From Nitrospinota bacterium (GTDB lineage Bacteria > Nitrospinota_A > UBA7883 > JBLYYQ01): a stretch of 35,140 bases of DNA. Location of the stretch: positions 1 through 35,140 of the forward strand of contig JBLYYQ010000046.1 of the NCBI GenBank assembly GCA_048550035.1, given 5' to 3'. Of the stretch, positions 18,311 to 27,698 are shown one piece after another (position 1 is the stretch's first letter; each line of letters begins with the position of its first letter). Both the position numbers and the translations under genes were made by a program. The notes below the pieces were generated by a model, which saw nothing but the letters and a program-made list of their open reading frames with translations, made no database searches and had not been told where the DNA came from.

Positions 18311-20121
18311 GATAATATCGAAAGGATCGTCTCAATCTCTACTGCTGGACTCATCATATAGACACCATCAACAGTATCTCGAAAGCAATCTAAGGTCTCT
18401 TTGGCTATTTTAGCTCCTATATCTTTTGCTCCATCCTGATTCTTACTTAAATCGTTACGGATCGCTGATGGAATCGTCATACCTGGAACTTCGTTATGTA
18501 AAAATTCTGCCATCTTATGTGATGTCAATGGTAGGATCCCTATCAAAATTGGGATCTTAAAGCTTTCTACTGATTTTAGAAATTTCTCAAATAGTCTATT
18601 ATCATATACCGGCTGAGTCATACAAAACTCAGCTCCAGCTTCAACTTTGCTCTCGAATCGACGGAGTTCTTCATCTATATTTAACGCTCCTGGGTTACCA
18701 CCAACTCCGATATGAATACTGGTCTTACCTTTAATCGGACTCCCTGCTATATCAACACCTCTGTTTAAATTACTAATCAACTTCACTAATCCGATTGAAT
18801 CAAAATCGTATACCGCAGTCGCATCTGGGTACTTCCCTAATTTCGGAGGATCTCCAGTAATTATCAATATATCTTTGATACCTAGTCCATCAGCACCTAA
18901 AATATCGGCTTGCATCCCTATCAGGTTCCGATCGCGGCAGGTATAATGGATAATCGGCGTTACTTTACTCTCTTGCTTTAGTATCAGCCCAAAGGATAAC
19001 GAATTCATCCTTGCCATTGCTCGTGGTCCGTCTGGAATATTCACAAACTCTATCCCCTTAGATTTGAGCTTGCTTACAGCTCTAACTGTATGTCTATAGT
19101 CAGAGCCCTTAGGTGATAGCAGCTCTACAGATTGAACCCATTCCTTTGCCGCTAGTTTTGATGAAAAATTTGTCTTTAATTCTGTTGCACACGGAACTTC
19201 CTTGTCTATGTTATCTTTTGATAGCAACACCGATTTCACCTCAAGCCTCGATGGTGAAAGTGCCTTCGCTCCTTTTGAGAGTGCTCTTATATGATCTGGG
19301 GTTACTCCGCAGCAACCTCCTACTATTGATGCTCCAGACTTTATAAAACGTTTCCCATATGTTAAAAGATATTCAGGTGTCGTTAAGTATAGTAGCCGAT
19401 CATCGCTTACTTTCGGCATCCCTGCATTGGGCTGCGCTGAAATTGGGAGCTTCGTATATTTGGAGAGTAGTTTAACACTCTCCAACATATGACTAGGTCC
19501 TACAGAGCAGTTTGCCCCACAAGCGGTTATATCTAACGGAGTTATAGATTCTACAAACTGCTTTATATCTGCCTCTAGCTCTTCTTTGTTATCTTCTATA
19601 AATGTCATCTGAGCAATAATCGGAATCGTACTACTAATCGATCGGATGCTCTTAATTGCAGCTACTAATCGCTCTACACTATGGAATGTCTCTAATATGA
19701 TTAAATCAGAGCCTTCATCTATCAAGCTACTCGCTTGCTCTTCAAAAATAGCAGTAGCCATCTTATCGCTTGTCTGACCTAACGGTAGTCCTATCGGTCC
19801 GATAGTCCCTGCAACATACACGATCCCTTGAGCAACCTCTTTTGCCAAACGGACTCCTGCCCTATTAATACTATCTACTTTTGATTCTAGGTTATGTTTT
19901 GCTAACTTCTCTCGGTTGGCAGCAAAAGTGTTCGTCTGAATTATATCAACACCTGCCTTTATATAGTCGCTATGCAGCAGACGTATCTTGTCTGGATCGG
20001 TTAAGTTAAGCTCTTCAAAGCAGGTTGCATCGCTACCACCTCTCTCATAAAGCATCGTTCCTGTTGCACCATCGCATACTAGGATCCGTTTGCTTAATGC
20101 GTCAGCAAATGGTTCAATCAT
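18307..20121 (-). CDS. yitJ: Bifunctional homocysteine S-methyltransferase / 5,10-methylenetetrahydrofolate reductase (YitJ-type)
   Basis: DGATGT, TNTF, GANC, PNAG, GGCCG in the HMT domain; HYTCRDRNL, TGDPP, KVEAGAEFCMTQP, FLHNEVPG in the MTHFR domain. Confidence 0.92.
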   Translation of the reverse strand: MIEPFADALSKRILVCDGATGTMLYERGGSDATCFEELNLTDPDKIRLLHSDYIKAGVDIIQTNTFAANREKLAKHNLESKVDSINRAGVRLAKEVAQGIVYVAGTIGPIGLPLGQTSDKMATAIFEEQASSLIDEGSDLIILETFHSVERLVAAIKSIRSISSTIPIIAQMTFIEDNKEELEADIKQFVESITPLDITACGANCSVGPSHMLESVKLLSKYTKLPISAQPNAGMPKVSDDRLLYLTTPEYLLTYGKRFIKSGASIVGGCCGVTPDHIRALSKGAKALSPSRLEVKSVLLSKDNIDKEVPCATELKTNFSSKLAAKEWVQSVELLSPKGSDYRHTVRAVSKLKSKGIEFVNIPDGPRAMARMNSLSFGLILKQESKVTPIIHYTCRDRNLIGMQADILGADGLGIKDILIITGDPPKLGKYPDATAVYDFDSIGLVKLISNLNRGVDIAGSPIKGKTSIHIGVGGNPGALNIDEELRRFESKVEAGAEFCMTQPVYDNRLFEKFLKSVESFKIPILIGILPLTSHKMAEFLHNEVPGMTIPSAIRNDLSKNQDGAKDIGAKIAKETLDCFRDTVDGVYMMSPAVEIETILSILS

Positions 20122-20190
20122 CTACTCTATACCTCGTCTGTTATTTACTTTACGCTAAATAGAATAGCATAAACATTGATCAAATAATAA

Positions 20191-22581
20191 CTAGATCTTG
20201 TTTACAATTGGGATGGAAACCTCATCACCACTTTTCAGGTATGATAGATCCTTTTTCGGATTAAATAGCATCACCAACCAGAGTGGAGTATCACTATCTG
20301 CTGCTATCAAATCCCAAATCGCCTGACCATGTTTTAGCTTAACAAGCTTTTCGCCCTCTACACGGTATGAAGCAAGAAACTTTTCTAACTCCGCTAGATG
20401 GTATTCGAATCGCTTCATCTCAAAATCATCTAACTGATCAGATTTAATCGGTATAGCTATGACAGCCCCTATCCGCAAGCTACGACGGATATCACGCTTG
20501 TTTATACGCTCAATCGATGCGATAGGAACTTCTAACCACTCTGCATAATGACCTAGTGTCTCTCTTGATTCTATTACTATCTCTCCTCGACCTGCTCGTA
20601 AGCGATTCACTTTATAACGGTCCTTAGGGAGAATTAGACGCTTTTCATTTTGAGATAGACTATTGTTCCCATTAGTTTGGGTCACCTTACTTTTAGTTGC
20701 AATACTAGCTCCAGACTTATCAATATTAATGACTTCATTACTTGCATCAGCAACGACAACTGGATTATCACTATCTTTACTTGCATCAGCAACGACAACC
20801 TGATCATCACTATCTTTTTGGTTATTTTTCTCAAATAATGACCAAAAATAGTTCTTTACAGATTTATCAGTTTCTGACTCAAGTTCATCTTCGCTAGAAG
20901 GGAGCTTGTTAATATTGTCTGCTGCTGCTATCAGGGTAACATCGTCTGCACTATTGCCAGCCTCGCTCACAATTAAAATCTGACCAGGATAGATCGTATC
21001 TCGCTTAGTTAGATCATTAAGCTCTGCTAACTTGTTGACGGTCGTATTGTTTGCTAATGCAACGCTATAGAGTGAATCGCCACTTGCTACTTCCCATTCA
21101 CCATTGCCAGCTTTACCTCTGCGTACTTTTCGTTTCGCAACTTTTACAGGTTTACGATCACTGTATGGGATATGGAGCTTCTGACCTGGTCGTATAATCG
21201 CTATTCGACCTCTGCGTAAATGCACATTGTTTACATCGACTAGCAGACCAACCGAAGTATGATACATACCGGCTATCTCAGAGATTGTCTCCCCTTTGGC
21301 AACCACATGAATCACATCTTTACTTATCGGATTATCTCGCTTGGACTCTGGTGTTAGAGCAATAGCTGCCTGAGTTTTATCATAAAGAGCTGCTGGCACC
21401 TTTATCTTGTACCCTTTCGGAATATTTAAATGCCCGCGCCATATACTTTTGCGCAATCCACGATTGTACTCTTTCAGATATGCGAGCTTCACTCCCATAT
21501 TCTTAGCTAGCTCCTTGGCTGGAATATAGTATGGCGCCTTAATCTCTCTTAGGTCAATATCTGACTCTAAAACAAGTTCTCCAAAATAATAATACCAATT
21601 ATTCGATACCTCAAGCGCCGCTAAAAACTCTGAATAAAAGTTGCGGGATGCAAATCCAAATATTCGTGATTTATAGTTTTGAACAATCTCACCTATATCA
21701 GAACCATGTCGTTTCTTAGCTCGCCTCATCCCACCTAATCCATGGTTATAAGCAGTAATTGCTAGTGGCCACGATCCTAATTTATCATAGTTGTATCTCA
21801 ACAACTTCGCCGCTGCCTTACTCGACTCAATCGGATCCCATCTCTCATCTACCAGATAGTTGATCTTTAGAAAACTTCGACCGGTCGACCTTGTAAACTG
21901 CCATAAACCTGCTGCTCCTGCATGCGAATATGCCTTAGGGTTAAATGATGATTCTACATGTGGTATTACCGCTAGCTCTTCAGGAAGATTTAGCTTATTA
22001 AGCTCCGATTTTATATGTGGTAAATATCGACCAGAACGGATAACACCCCTCTTAAACCTATTTGAAAGACCTACTTGAAATCTAATATTGCTTGCCGCTT
22101 TTAGCATCTCTGATTTAGACATGCCAGCTAATAATCCAACAATACTCTCCTCTTCTTCGGTTCTCGCAACTCCGCCTTGCTTTGCGATTGTCCTGATATT
22201 TTTCCTTAGCCTATTTGCCTCTTGAATAATATAGCGACGCTTCTTCCGATAGCTTAGCTTACTCTTATTGCTAAGTGGACTATTATCTATATCAATCACC
22301 TTGTAAACCAAACTTAAATCATTTATGTCATGTAGCAATATATGACGGTCGGTATACTTTGCGTATATATCTTTCCAGAATTGAATATTTGTCCGTAGCA
22401 CTTCAGGTGCAGGAAATAACTCCTCACTAGACTCTACCGTAAACGACTGATCAGAAAGATTATTAACTATCTGATTGCCTACTCTAGCATCATATCCAAA
22501 CGCTACTATTGGCAATATAACTACAGCAGTGATCAATGGCACTGCAAATGAACATATCTTCGCTCTCATTAAACTTTTCAC
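20191..22581 (-). CDS. MltD-like lytic transglycosylase (SLT domain plus LysM repeats), exported
   Basis: N-terminal hydrophobic signal; VESSFNPKAYSHAGAAGLWQF, VDERWDP, AITAYNHG; LysM motifs HVVAKGETISEIA and WEVASGDSLYSVA...IYPGQIL. Confidence 0.9.
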   Translation of the reverse strand: MKSLMRAKICSFAVPLITAVVILPIVAFGYDARVGNQIVNNLSDQSFTVESSEELFPAPEVLRTNIQFWKDIYAKYTDRHILLHDINDLSLVYKVIDIDNSPLSNKSKLSYRKKRRYIIQEANRLRKNIRTIAKQGGVARTEEEESIVGLLAGMSKSEMLKAASNIRFQVGLSNRFKRGVIRSGRYLPHIKSELNKLNLPEELAVIPHVESSFNPKAYSHAGAAGLWQFTRSTGRSFLKINYLVDERWDPIESSKAAAKLLRYNYDKLGSWPLAITAYNHGLGGMRRAKKRHGSDIGEIVQNYKSRIFGFASRNFYSEFLAALEVSNNWYYYFGELVLESDIDLREIKAPYYIPAKELAKNMGVKLAYLKEYNRGLRKSIWRGHLNIPKGYKIKVPAALYDKTQAAIALTPESKRDNPISKDVIHVVAKGETISEIAGMYHTSVGLLVDVNNVHLRRGRIAIIRPGQKLHIPYSDRKPVKVAKRKVRRGKAGNGEWEVASGDSLYSVALANNTTVNKLAELNDLTKRDTIYPGQILIVSEAGNSADDVTLIAAADNINKLPSSEDELESETDKSVKNYFWSLFEKNNQKDSDDQVVVADASKDSDNPVVVADASNEVINIDKSGASIATKSKVTQTNGNNSLSQNEKRLILPKDRYKVNRLRAGRGEIVIESRETLGHYAEWLEVPIASIERINKRDIRRSLRIGAVIAIPIKSDQLDDFEMKRFEYHLAELEKFLASYRVEGEKLVKLKHGQAIWDLIAADSDTPLWLVMLFNPKKDLSYLKSGDEVSIPIVNKI
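20738..20815. repeat. Tandem 39-bp direct repeat (2 copies, 36/39 identical) within the transglycosylase linker
   Basis: ttacttgcatcagcaacgacaactggattatcactatct / ttacttgcatcagcaacgacaacctgatcatcactatct; encodes KDSDDQVVVADAS / KDSDNPVVVADAS. Confidence 0.95.
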
Positions 22582-22887
22582 TCGCTCTCTTGGAACTTCT
22601 TATGTAACATACTTTTCTTATGCATATAGTATTCTCTTGCATTTGAAATAGGTGACCAAACTGATAACTTCATCTAGCCATCTTATATCAAAACTACTTC
22701 GCTTGCTAGGTGATATTATATATAATTTTCAACAAAGCATATATAATAATAGTTTAAGTACCTTTTAATTATATTTCACTCTGTTATTCAAAAAGATCTA
22801 AATTTATATGAATTATTATACAAAAATAGCTAGAAATAAGTAAAAATTCGTCACTTATTTAACAGAAATTAGCTCTAATTCATCCAT

Positions 22888-23538
22888 TTATACAAAGGTG
22901 GATGGCTCAGGATTGAAAAATTCTACCCCCCGAATCGGTTTTAAAATCTGATCTAGTAGCACTTTAAAATCTCGCTCATTTTCCACAAAATCTATTTTAT
23001 CGCTATTTATGATTAAAAGGTTCCCTTTATATTGGTTATGAAAAAACGAGACAAAACTTTGATTCACTTGATCTAGATAGTCATATTTAATATTCGCCTC
23101 TGCTTGCCGATTACGCTTTGTGACCCGTTTGAAGAGTGTTTTGCTATCTGCTTGCAGATAAACAACAAGCTCTGGCTTAGGGGTTAACCCTGTTAGCATT
23201 GAGTAGATCTGCATATAGAGTTGAAGTTCATCGTCATTAAGATTAATATTGGCAAAGATCAGATCACGCTCAAATATATAGTCGGCAATGATTGATTTCT
23301 TGAATAGATCGACCTGCGCAATATCCTTTAGCTGATTAAACCTAGCAATTAGAAATGCTAGTTCTGTTTGAAACCGATACCGTTTAGGATCCTCATAAAA
23401 TAGCTCCAAAAATGGATTATTATATAACGACTCTAATATAGGCTCCATCGATAGATGTTCACTTAGTAACTTCACAAGGCTACTTTTGCCTACTCCAATC
23501 GGCCCTTCAACCGCTATATACCTTGATCTATGGCTCAT
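22888..23538 (-). CDS. Deoxynucleoside kinase (dNK family)
   Basis: YIAVEGPIGVGKSSL, NPFLELFY, PELVVYLQA, KRNR..E; coupled to folK. Confidence 0.93.
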   Translation of the reverse strand: MSHRSRYIAVEGPIGVGKSSLVKLLSEHLSMEPILESLYNNPFLELFYEDPKRYRFQTELAFLIARFNQLKDIAQVDLFKKSIIADYIFERDLIFANINLNDDELQLYMQIYSMLTGLTPKPELVVYLQADSKTLFKRVTKRNRQAEANIKYDYLDQVNQSFVSFFHNQYKGNLLIINSDKIDFVENERDFKVLLDQILKPIRGVEFFNPEPSTFV

Positions 23539-24038
23539 TTTGAAACCTTTGTCACTCTCTGAGAGCTAGTTACTATTAAACTTAATATTTCACTTAGCCG
23601 CTTATTACTATCAGGATCAACTAGATCAGGCTCTAGCTCAACTAATGGGATCAATGCAAACCGTCGCTTCTGAAGCTTAGCATGTGGAATCGTAAGCTCG
23701 CTACTTTCGATCTTATAACTTCCATAGAGCAATATATCGATATCTATAACTCTTGGTCCATATCTGATATTCTTCTCTCTTCCTAACTTCGCTTCTATCT
23801 CCTTGCTAACGGCTAAAAGTTCAGTCGGCTCTAGTTGAGTCTTAATCTTTAACACCATATTAAGAAACCACTCTTGATCTTTTAGATCTTGCGGCTCGCT
23901 CATATAGTACGAGCTCTCTTTAAGAACTTCAACCATTTCTCTCTTATTAATAAGATCAATAGCACTCTTGATATAAGCTTCTCTATCTAGCTTATTAGAG
24001 CCAATCCCCAAATATGCAGTGATAGATTCCCTCACCAA
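23535..24038 (-). CDS. folK: 2-amino-4-hydroxy-6-hydroxymethyldihydropteridine diphosphokinase (start TTG 24038 or GTG 24035)
   Basis: AYLGIGSN, FLNMV, IEAKLGR, GPRVIDIDILLYG, LTIPH, RRFALIPL. Confidence 0.97.
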   Translation of the reverse strand: MVRESITAYLGIGSNKLDREAYIKSAIDLINKREMVEVLKESSYYMSEPQDLKDQEWFLNMVLKIKTQLEPTELLAVSKEIEAKLGREKNIRYGPRVIDIDILLYGSYKIESSELTIPHAKLQKRRFALIPLVELEPDLVDPDSNKRLSEILSLIVTSSQRVTKVSK

Positions 24039-24050
24039 TCGATCCTATTA

Positions 24051-25289
24051 TTAAAAAGTAAATTTAGAACTTGATAGTCGCCTTTTGATCTCATCAATAA
24101 TCTCTTTTTCCTTAGCTTCATTCTCGGCTTCAAATGTTACTGAAAATCTAACATAAGGGGCTACTTCATCCCACGGTACGGTCGAGATAAGTTTCTCTTT
24201 TATCAGCCACTGCGAAAAATCTTCACCACTCTCAAATGAGTTGGGTCGTCCTTGAACTGATTTTGGTGCCTTAGTATACAAGAAAAACGATCCATCTGGC
24301 ATCTTAGTATCAAATCCAACCTCTCTTAGAGCATTGACTAGCAGAATCATTCTGCGCTCATATTTTTCTCTAATAAGCTCTGTAATCGAAAGGTTGTTAA
24401 GTGCAGTTATCCCTGCTTTTTGTATTGGGATAAACTGACCTGAATCATAGTTATCTTTGATCGTAGCAAAGCCATTCACTATGAGGCTGTTGCCAGCAAG
24501 AAAAGCTATTCGCCATCCTGTCATATTGCAACTCTTAGAGAGCGAATGGAGTTCTACCCCTACATCTTTTGCACCGTCAACAGATAGGAAGGAGAGTGGC
24601 TCTCGGTTGTAAACCAAAGCAGCATACGCTCCATCATGGACAACAATAACATTGTTAGCTTTTGCAAACGCAACTAGCTTCTCAAAGAACTCTTTTGTCG
24701 CTCCTGCTCCGGTCGGATTATTTGGATAGTTAATATAGATCAGTTTCAATCTCTTTTTGATCGAATCATCGATCGAGTCTAGGTCAGGAAGAAAGTTATT
24801 ATCCTCTGATATTTTTAGATTCAGAACTTCGCCACCTAAATATTTTGTATGAGTCGCCATCACAGGATAGCCTGGAATAGTCTGCGCTAAATAGTCACCT
24901 TCGTTTATAAATGCTAATGGTAACATCGCTAATGCTGGCTTGCTCCCGATTGAATGATTGACCTCCGTTACAGGATCGATATTGCTAACTTTAAAGACTC
25001 TATCTAAATAGTTTGCAGCCGCCTCTTTGAATGTTTCAATCCCATTATCGGCATAGCCACGATTCTCTCGCTTGCTCGCCTCTGATTGGAGAGTAGCCAC
25101 TACATCGCTAGATGCCATACCATCTGGTTCACCAACACCTAAATCGATAAGTGGAATATCAGGCTTTAAAGAGCACGCCTCTTTCTTGGCACGCTTAATT
25201 TTCTCAAACTTGTAAATCGTAGTCCCCTTGCCAAACTTTGAACCACCTATCCTGTCAGAATAAGAGGACTGTATATAGCTTTCCGTCAT
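24051..25289 (-). CDS. dapL: LL-diaminopimelate aminotransferase (class I PLP aminotransferase, DapL2-like)
   Basis: N-terminal RIGG..FGK...IYKFEKIKRAK, which I recognise from methanococcal/Firmicutes DapL; DLGVGEPD, NYPNNPTG, SLSKSCNMTGWRI. Confidence 0.85.
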   Translation of the reverse strand: MTESYIQSSYSDRIGGSKFGKGTTIYKFEKIKRAKKEACSLKPDIPLIDLGVGEPDGMASSDVVATLQSEASKRENRGYADNGIETFKEAAANYLDRVFKVSNIDPVTEVNHSIGSKPALAMLPLAFINEGDYLAQTIPGYPVMATHTKYLGGEVLNLKISEDNNFLPDLDSIDDSIKKRLKLIYINYPNNPTGAGATKEFFEKLVAFAKANNVIVVHDGAYAALVYNREPLSFLSVDGAKDVGVELHSLSKSCNMTGWRIAFLAGNSLIVNGFATIKDNYDSGQFIPIQKAGITALNNLSITELIREKYERRMILLVNALREVGFDTKMPDGSFFLYTKAPKSVQGRPNSFESGEDFSQWLIKEKLISTVPWDEVAPYVRFSVTFEAENEAKEKEIIDEIKRRLSSSKFTF

Positions 25290-25335
25290 AATCTTTAATA
25301 GTTACCTTTCTTATAAAAGTCTAAATAAAAGTGGA

Positions 25336-25364
25336 ATTTTGAATTGTTTATTAAATTTTGTCAA
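25336..25364 (-). promoter_or_regulatory. Putative sigma70 promoter for dapL-folK-dNK
   Basis: Minus strand TTGACA-17 nt-CAAAAT. Confidence 0.45.
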
Positions 25365-25440
25365 ATAGATCTCGCAGAAGCTATACTCGTTTAAGACTCT
25401 TTACTACTTGAAGCTGGTCAAACTTTATTAAAGTAAAATC

Positions 25441-25468
25441 TTGACACTACCATGCAAAATGATATTAT
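25441..25468 (+). promoter_or_regulatory. Near-consensus sigma70 promoter upstream of structured RNA / prp operon
   Basis: TTGACA (25441-46), 16 nt, TATTAT (25463-68), with TG at the extended -10 position. Confidence 0.7.
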
Positions 25469-25474
25469 AGGCAG

Positions 25475-25644
25475 GTAGAATGTTGTGTAGTTGCAGAGTC
25501 ATAGTAGAAGTATCTACTTGGGGGGAAGACCTGTTTTCAAGCTCAACCTCTATTTCTTAAGTTGTTTTTAATTACTAAAGTTGACTTGATACTGAATTTC
25601 TCTTTCTCTCCTTTAAGTTTCGACTGATCTGCTACACAAAGCTA
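25475..25644 (+). ncRNA. Candidate rod-shaped structured RNA (6S RNA-like architecture or novel prp leader)
   Basis: Nested helices: 25483-89/25633-39, 25493-97/25628-32, 25498-500/25622-24, central bubble, 25520-29/25601-10 (with G-U), 25537-47/25580-89. Confidence 0.5.
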
Positions 25645-25669
25645 GACTAAAAATAGTATTTGGGGGAAT

Positions 25670-26569
25670 ATGTCAGAAAAGAACAGTCAAGGCTTCAAAT
25701 TTAGGGTCGCAGTTGAAAATAACAGTCCACTACAAGTAGTAGGTGTTGTTACAGCTTACTATGCAATCATGGCAGAAAAGTGTTCTCACAAAGCACTATA
25801 TCTCTCAGGCGGAGGTCTTGCCGCATGTTCTTTGGGGGTGCCAGATCTTGGAATCACAACATTAAATGATCTTATAGAAGATGCATCTCGTATAACAGCA
25901 GCATCCTCTCTTCCACTCTTAGTAGATGTAGATACAGGGTTCGGGTCGGCATTCAATATTGCAAGAACGGTGAAAGAGTTAATCCGTATAGATGTCGCTG
26001 CAATGCATATGGAAGATCAAGTATCAGCAAAGCGCTGTGGGCATCGACCTAATAAAGCTATCGTATCTGAATCTGAGATGGTCGATAGAATTAAAGCAGC
26101 ATGTGATGCAAGGACAGATGAGAATTTTGTGATAATGGCAAGAACTGATGCACTTGCCGTTGAAGGTATTGAGAAAGCAATCGAACGATCAATAAGATAT
26201 GTAGAAGCAGGTGCGGATATGCTTTTCCCGGAAGCTGTAACAAAACTTGATCAATACAAAAAGTTTAGCGAAGCGGTTAATGTCCCTATCTTAGCCAACA
26301 TCACAGAATTTGGATCGACTCCCCTATTTACCACCGATGAACTAAAAAGTGCAGATGTTAAAATCGCACTATACCCACTAACCGCATTTAGGGCAATGAG
26401 TAAGGCAGCACTAACCGTATATCAAACATTGTTATCATCTGGTACACAAAAAGATATCATAGATACAATGCAGACAAGAATGGAGCTTTATGACACGCTA
26501 GGATATATGGAATTTGAAAAGAAGTTAGATAACCTATTCCAAAAGGAGGCAAAAGAGAAAAATGAGTAA
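25670..26569 (+). CDS. prpB: 2-methylisocitrate lyase
   Basis: [49 protein letters not shown]. Confidence 0.97.
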   Translation: MSEKNSQGFKFRVAVENNSPLQVVGVVTAYYAIMAEKCSHKALYLSGGGLAACSLGVPDLGITTLNDLIEDASRITAASSLPLLVDVDTGFGSAFNIARTVKELIRIDVAAMHMEDQVSAKRCGHRPNKAIVSESEMVDRIKAACDARTDENFVIMARTDALAVEGIEKAIERSIRYVEAGADMLFPEAVTKLDQYKKFSEAVNVPILANITEFGSTPLFTTDELKSADVKIALYPLTAFRAMSKAALTVYQTLLSSGTQKDIIDTMQTRMELYDTLGYMEFEKKLDNLFQKEAKEKNE

Positions 26570-27692
26570 AGATCAATCAGCGACAGGGAGTGGACTAAGA
26601 GGACAAAGTGCCGGTGTAACTAGCATTTGTACTGTAGGTAAAACAGGTTCTGGGTTGACCTACCGTGGATTTGACCTCTCGGACTTAGCAAAGAATGCGA
26701 CATTTGAAGAGGTTGCATATCTTCTAATCTATGACAAAATCGCTACTTCAGAAGAACTACTAGCCTATAAAAATAAACTTAAAGGATTACGTACTCTTCC
26801 TGATCCTCTAAAAGTAGTATTAGAACAATTTCCTAAAACCGCACATCCTATGGATGTTATCCGGTCAGGCTGTTCTGCTCTTGGGATATTAGAACCTGAG
26901 GAAAACTTTAGTCAGCAGTATGACAAAACTGACAGGATGCTTGCCATATTTCCATCTATCGTAAACTATTGGTATCACTATTCTAATAATGGGAAGCGTA
27001 TCGAAACAGAGACAGATGATGATACTGTAGGCTCTCATTTTCTTAGCTTGCTCCATGGCAGAAAACCTACAGAGCTAGAAGAGAAAGTAATGAATGTATC
27101 GCTAATACTCTATGCAGAACATGAGTTCAATGCATCAACATTCTCTGCAAGATTAACGGCATCTACTCTCTCAGACATTTTCTCTGCAGTGACAGCAGCC
27201 ATCGGTACTTTGCGAGGTCCTCTGCATGGCGGGGCAAACGAAGCTGCTCTTGATATGATATTACAGTGGAAATCTAAAGAAGAAGCAGAAGCTGGAATAT
27301 TAAAGATATTAGAGACTAAAGATCTGGTGATGGGATTTGGTCATGCAGTCTATAAAGAGTTTGATCCTCGTAATCCAATTATCAAAGAATATTCAAAAGA
27401 GCTATCTCAATCGCATCCTGAAAGTTATCTTTACGATGTTTCAGAACGTGTCGAGATGGTTATGAAACGTGAAAAAGGACTATTTGCTAACGCAGATTTT
27501 TACCATGCTAGTGCGTATAGGTTTATGAATATCCCTATAGAGCTATTTACCCCGATTTTCGTCTGCTCGCGAGTTACAGGCTGGACAGCCCATATCTTTG
27601 AGCAACGTGCTAACAATAAACTTATCCGCCCTAGTGCAGACTATAACGGTCCTGAACCTAGGGAATGGGTATCATTAGAAAGTAGAGGATAG
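26562..27692 (+). CDS. prpC: 2-methylcitrate synthase
   Basis: [49 protein letters not shown]; prp context. Confidence 0.96.
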   Translation: MSKDQSATGSGLRGQSAGVTSICTVGKTGSGLTYRGFDLSDLAKNATFEEVAYLLIYDKIATSEELLAYKNKLKGLRTLPDPLKVVLEQFPKTAHPMDVIRSGCSALGILEPEENFSQQYDKTDRMLAIFPSIVNYWYHYSNNGKRIETETDDDTVGSHFLSLLHGRKPTELEEKVMNVSLILYAEHEFNASTFSARLTASTLSDIFSAVTAAIGTLRGPLHGGANEAALDMILQWKSKEEAEAGILKILETKDLVMGFGHAVYKEFDPRNPIIKEYSKELSQSHPESYLYDVSERVEMVMKREKGLFANADFYHASAYRFMNIPIELFTPIFVCSRVTGWTAHIFEQRANNKLIRPSADYNGPEPREWVSLESRG

Positions 27693-27698
27693 AAGAAT

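Noticed and set aside
20122-20190. SAM riboswitch ahead of yitJ
   Set aside because: The gap is 69 bp, AT-rich, and has no S-box motifs.
20738-20815. CRISPR-like repeat
   Set aside because: Only two abutting copies, no spacer, in frame within a CDS, and no cas genes.
25290-25669. Lysine riboswitch for dapL, or glycine/cobalamin riboswitch
   Set aside because: Core motifs were not found in the proper arrangement. The structure relies on G-U pairs that form only on the + strand, and the putative dapL promoter lies downstream of it.
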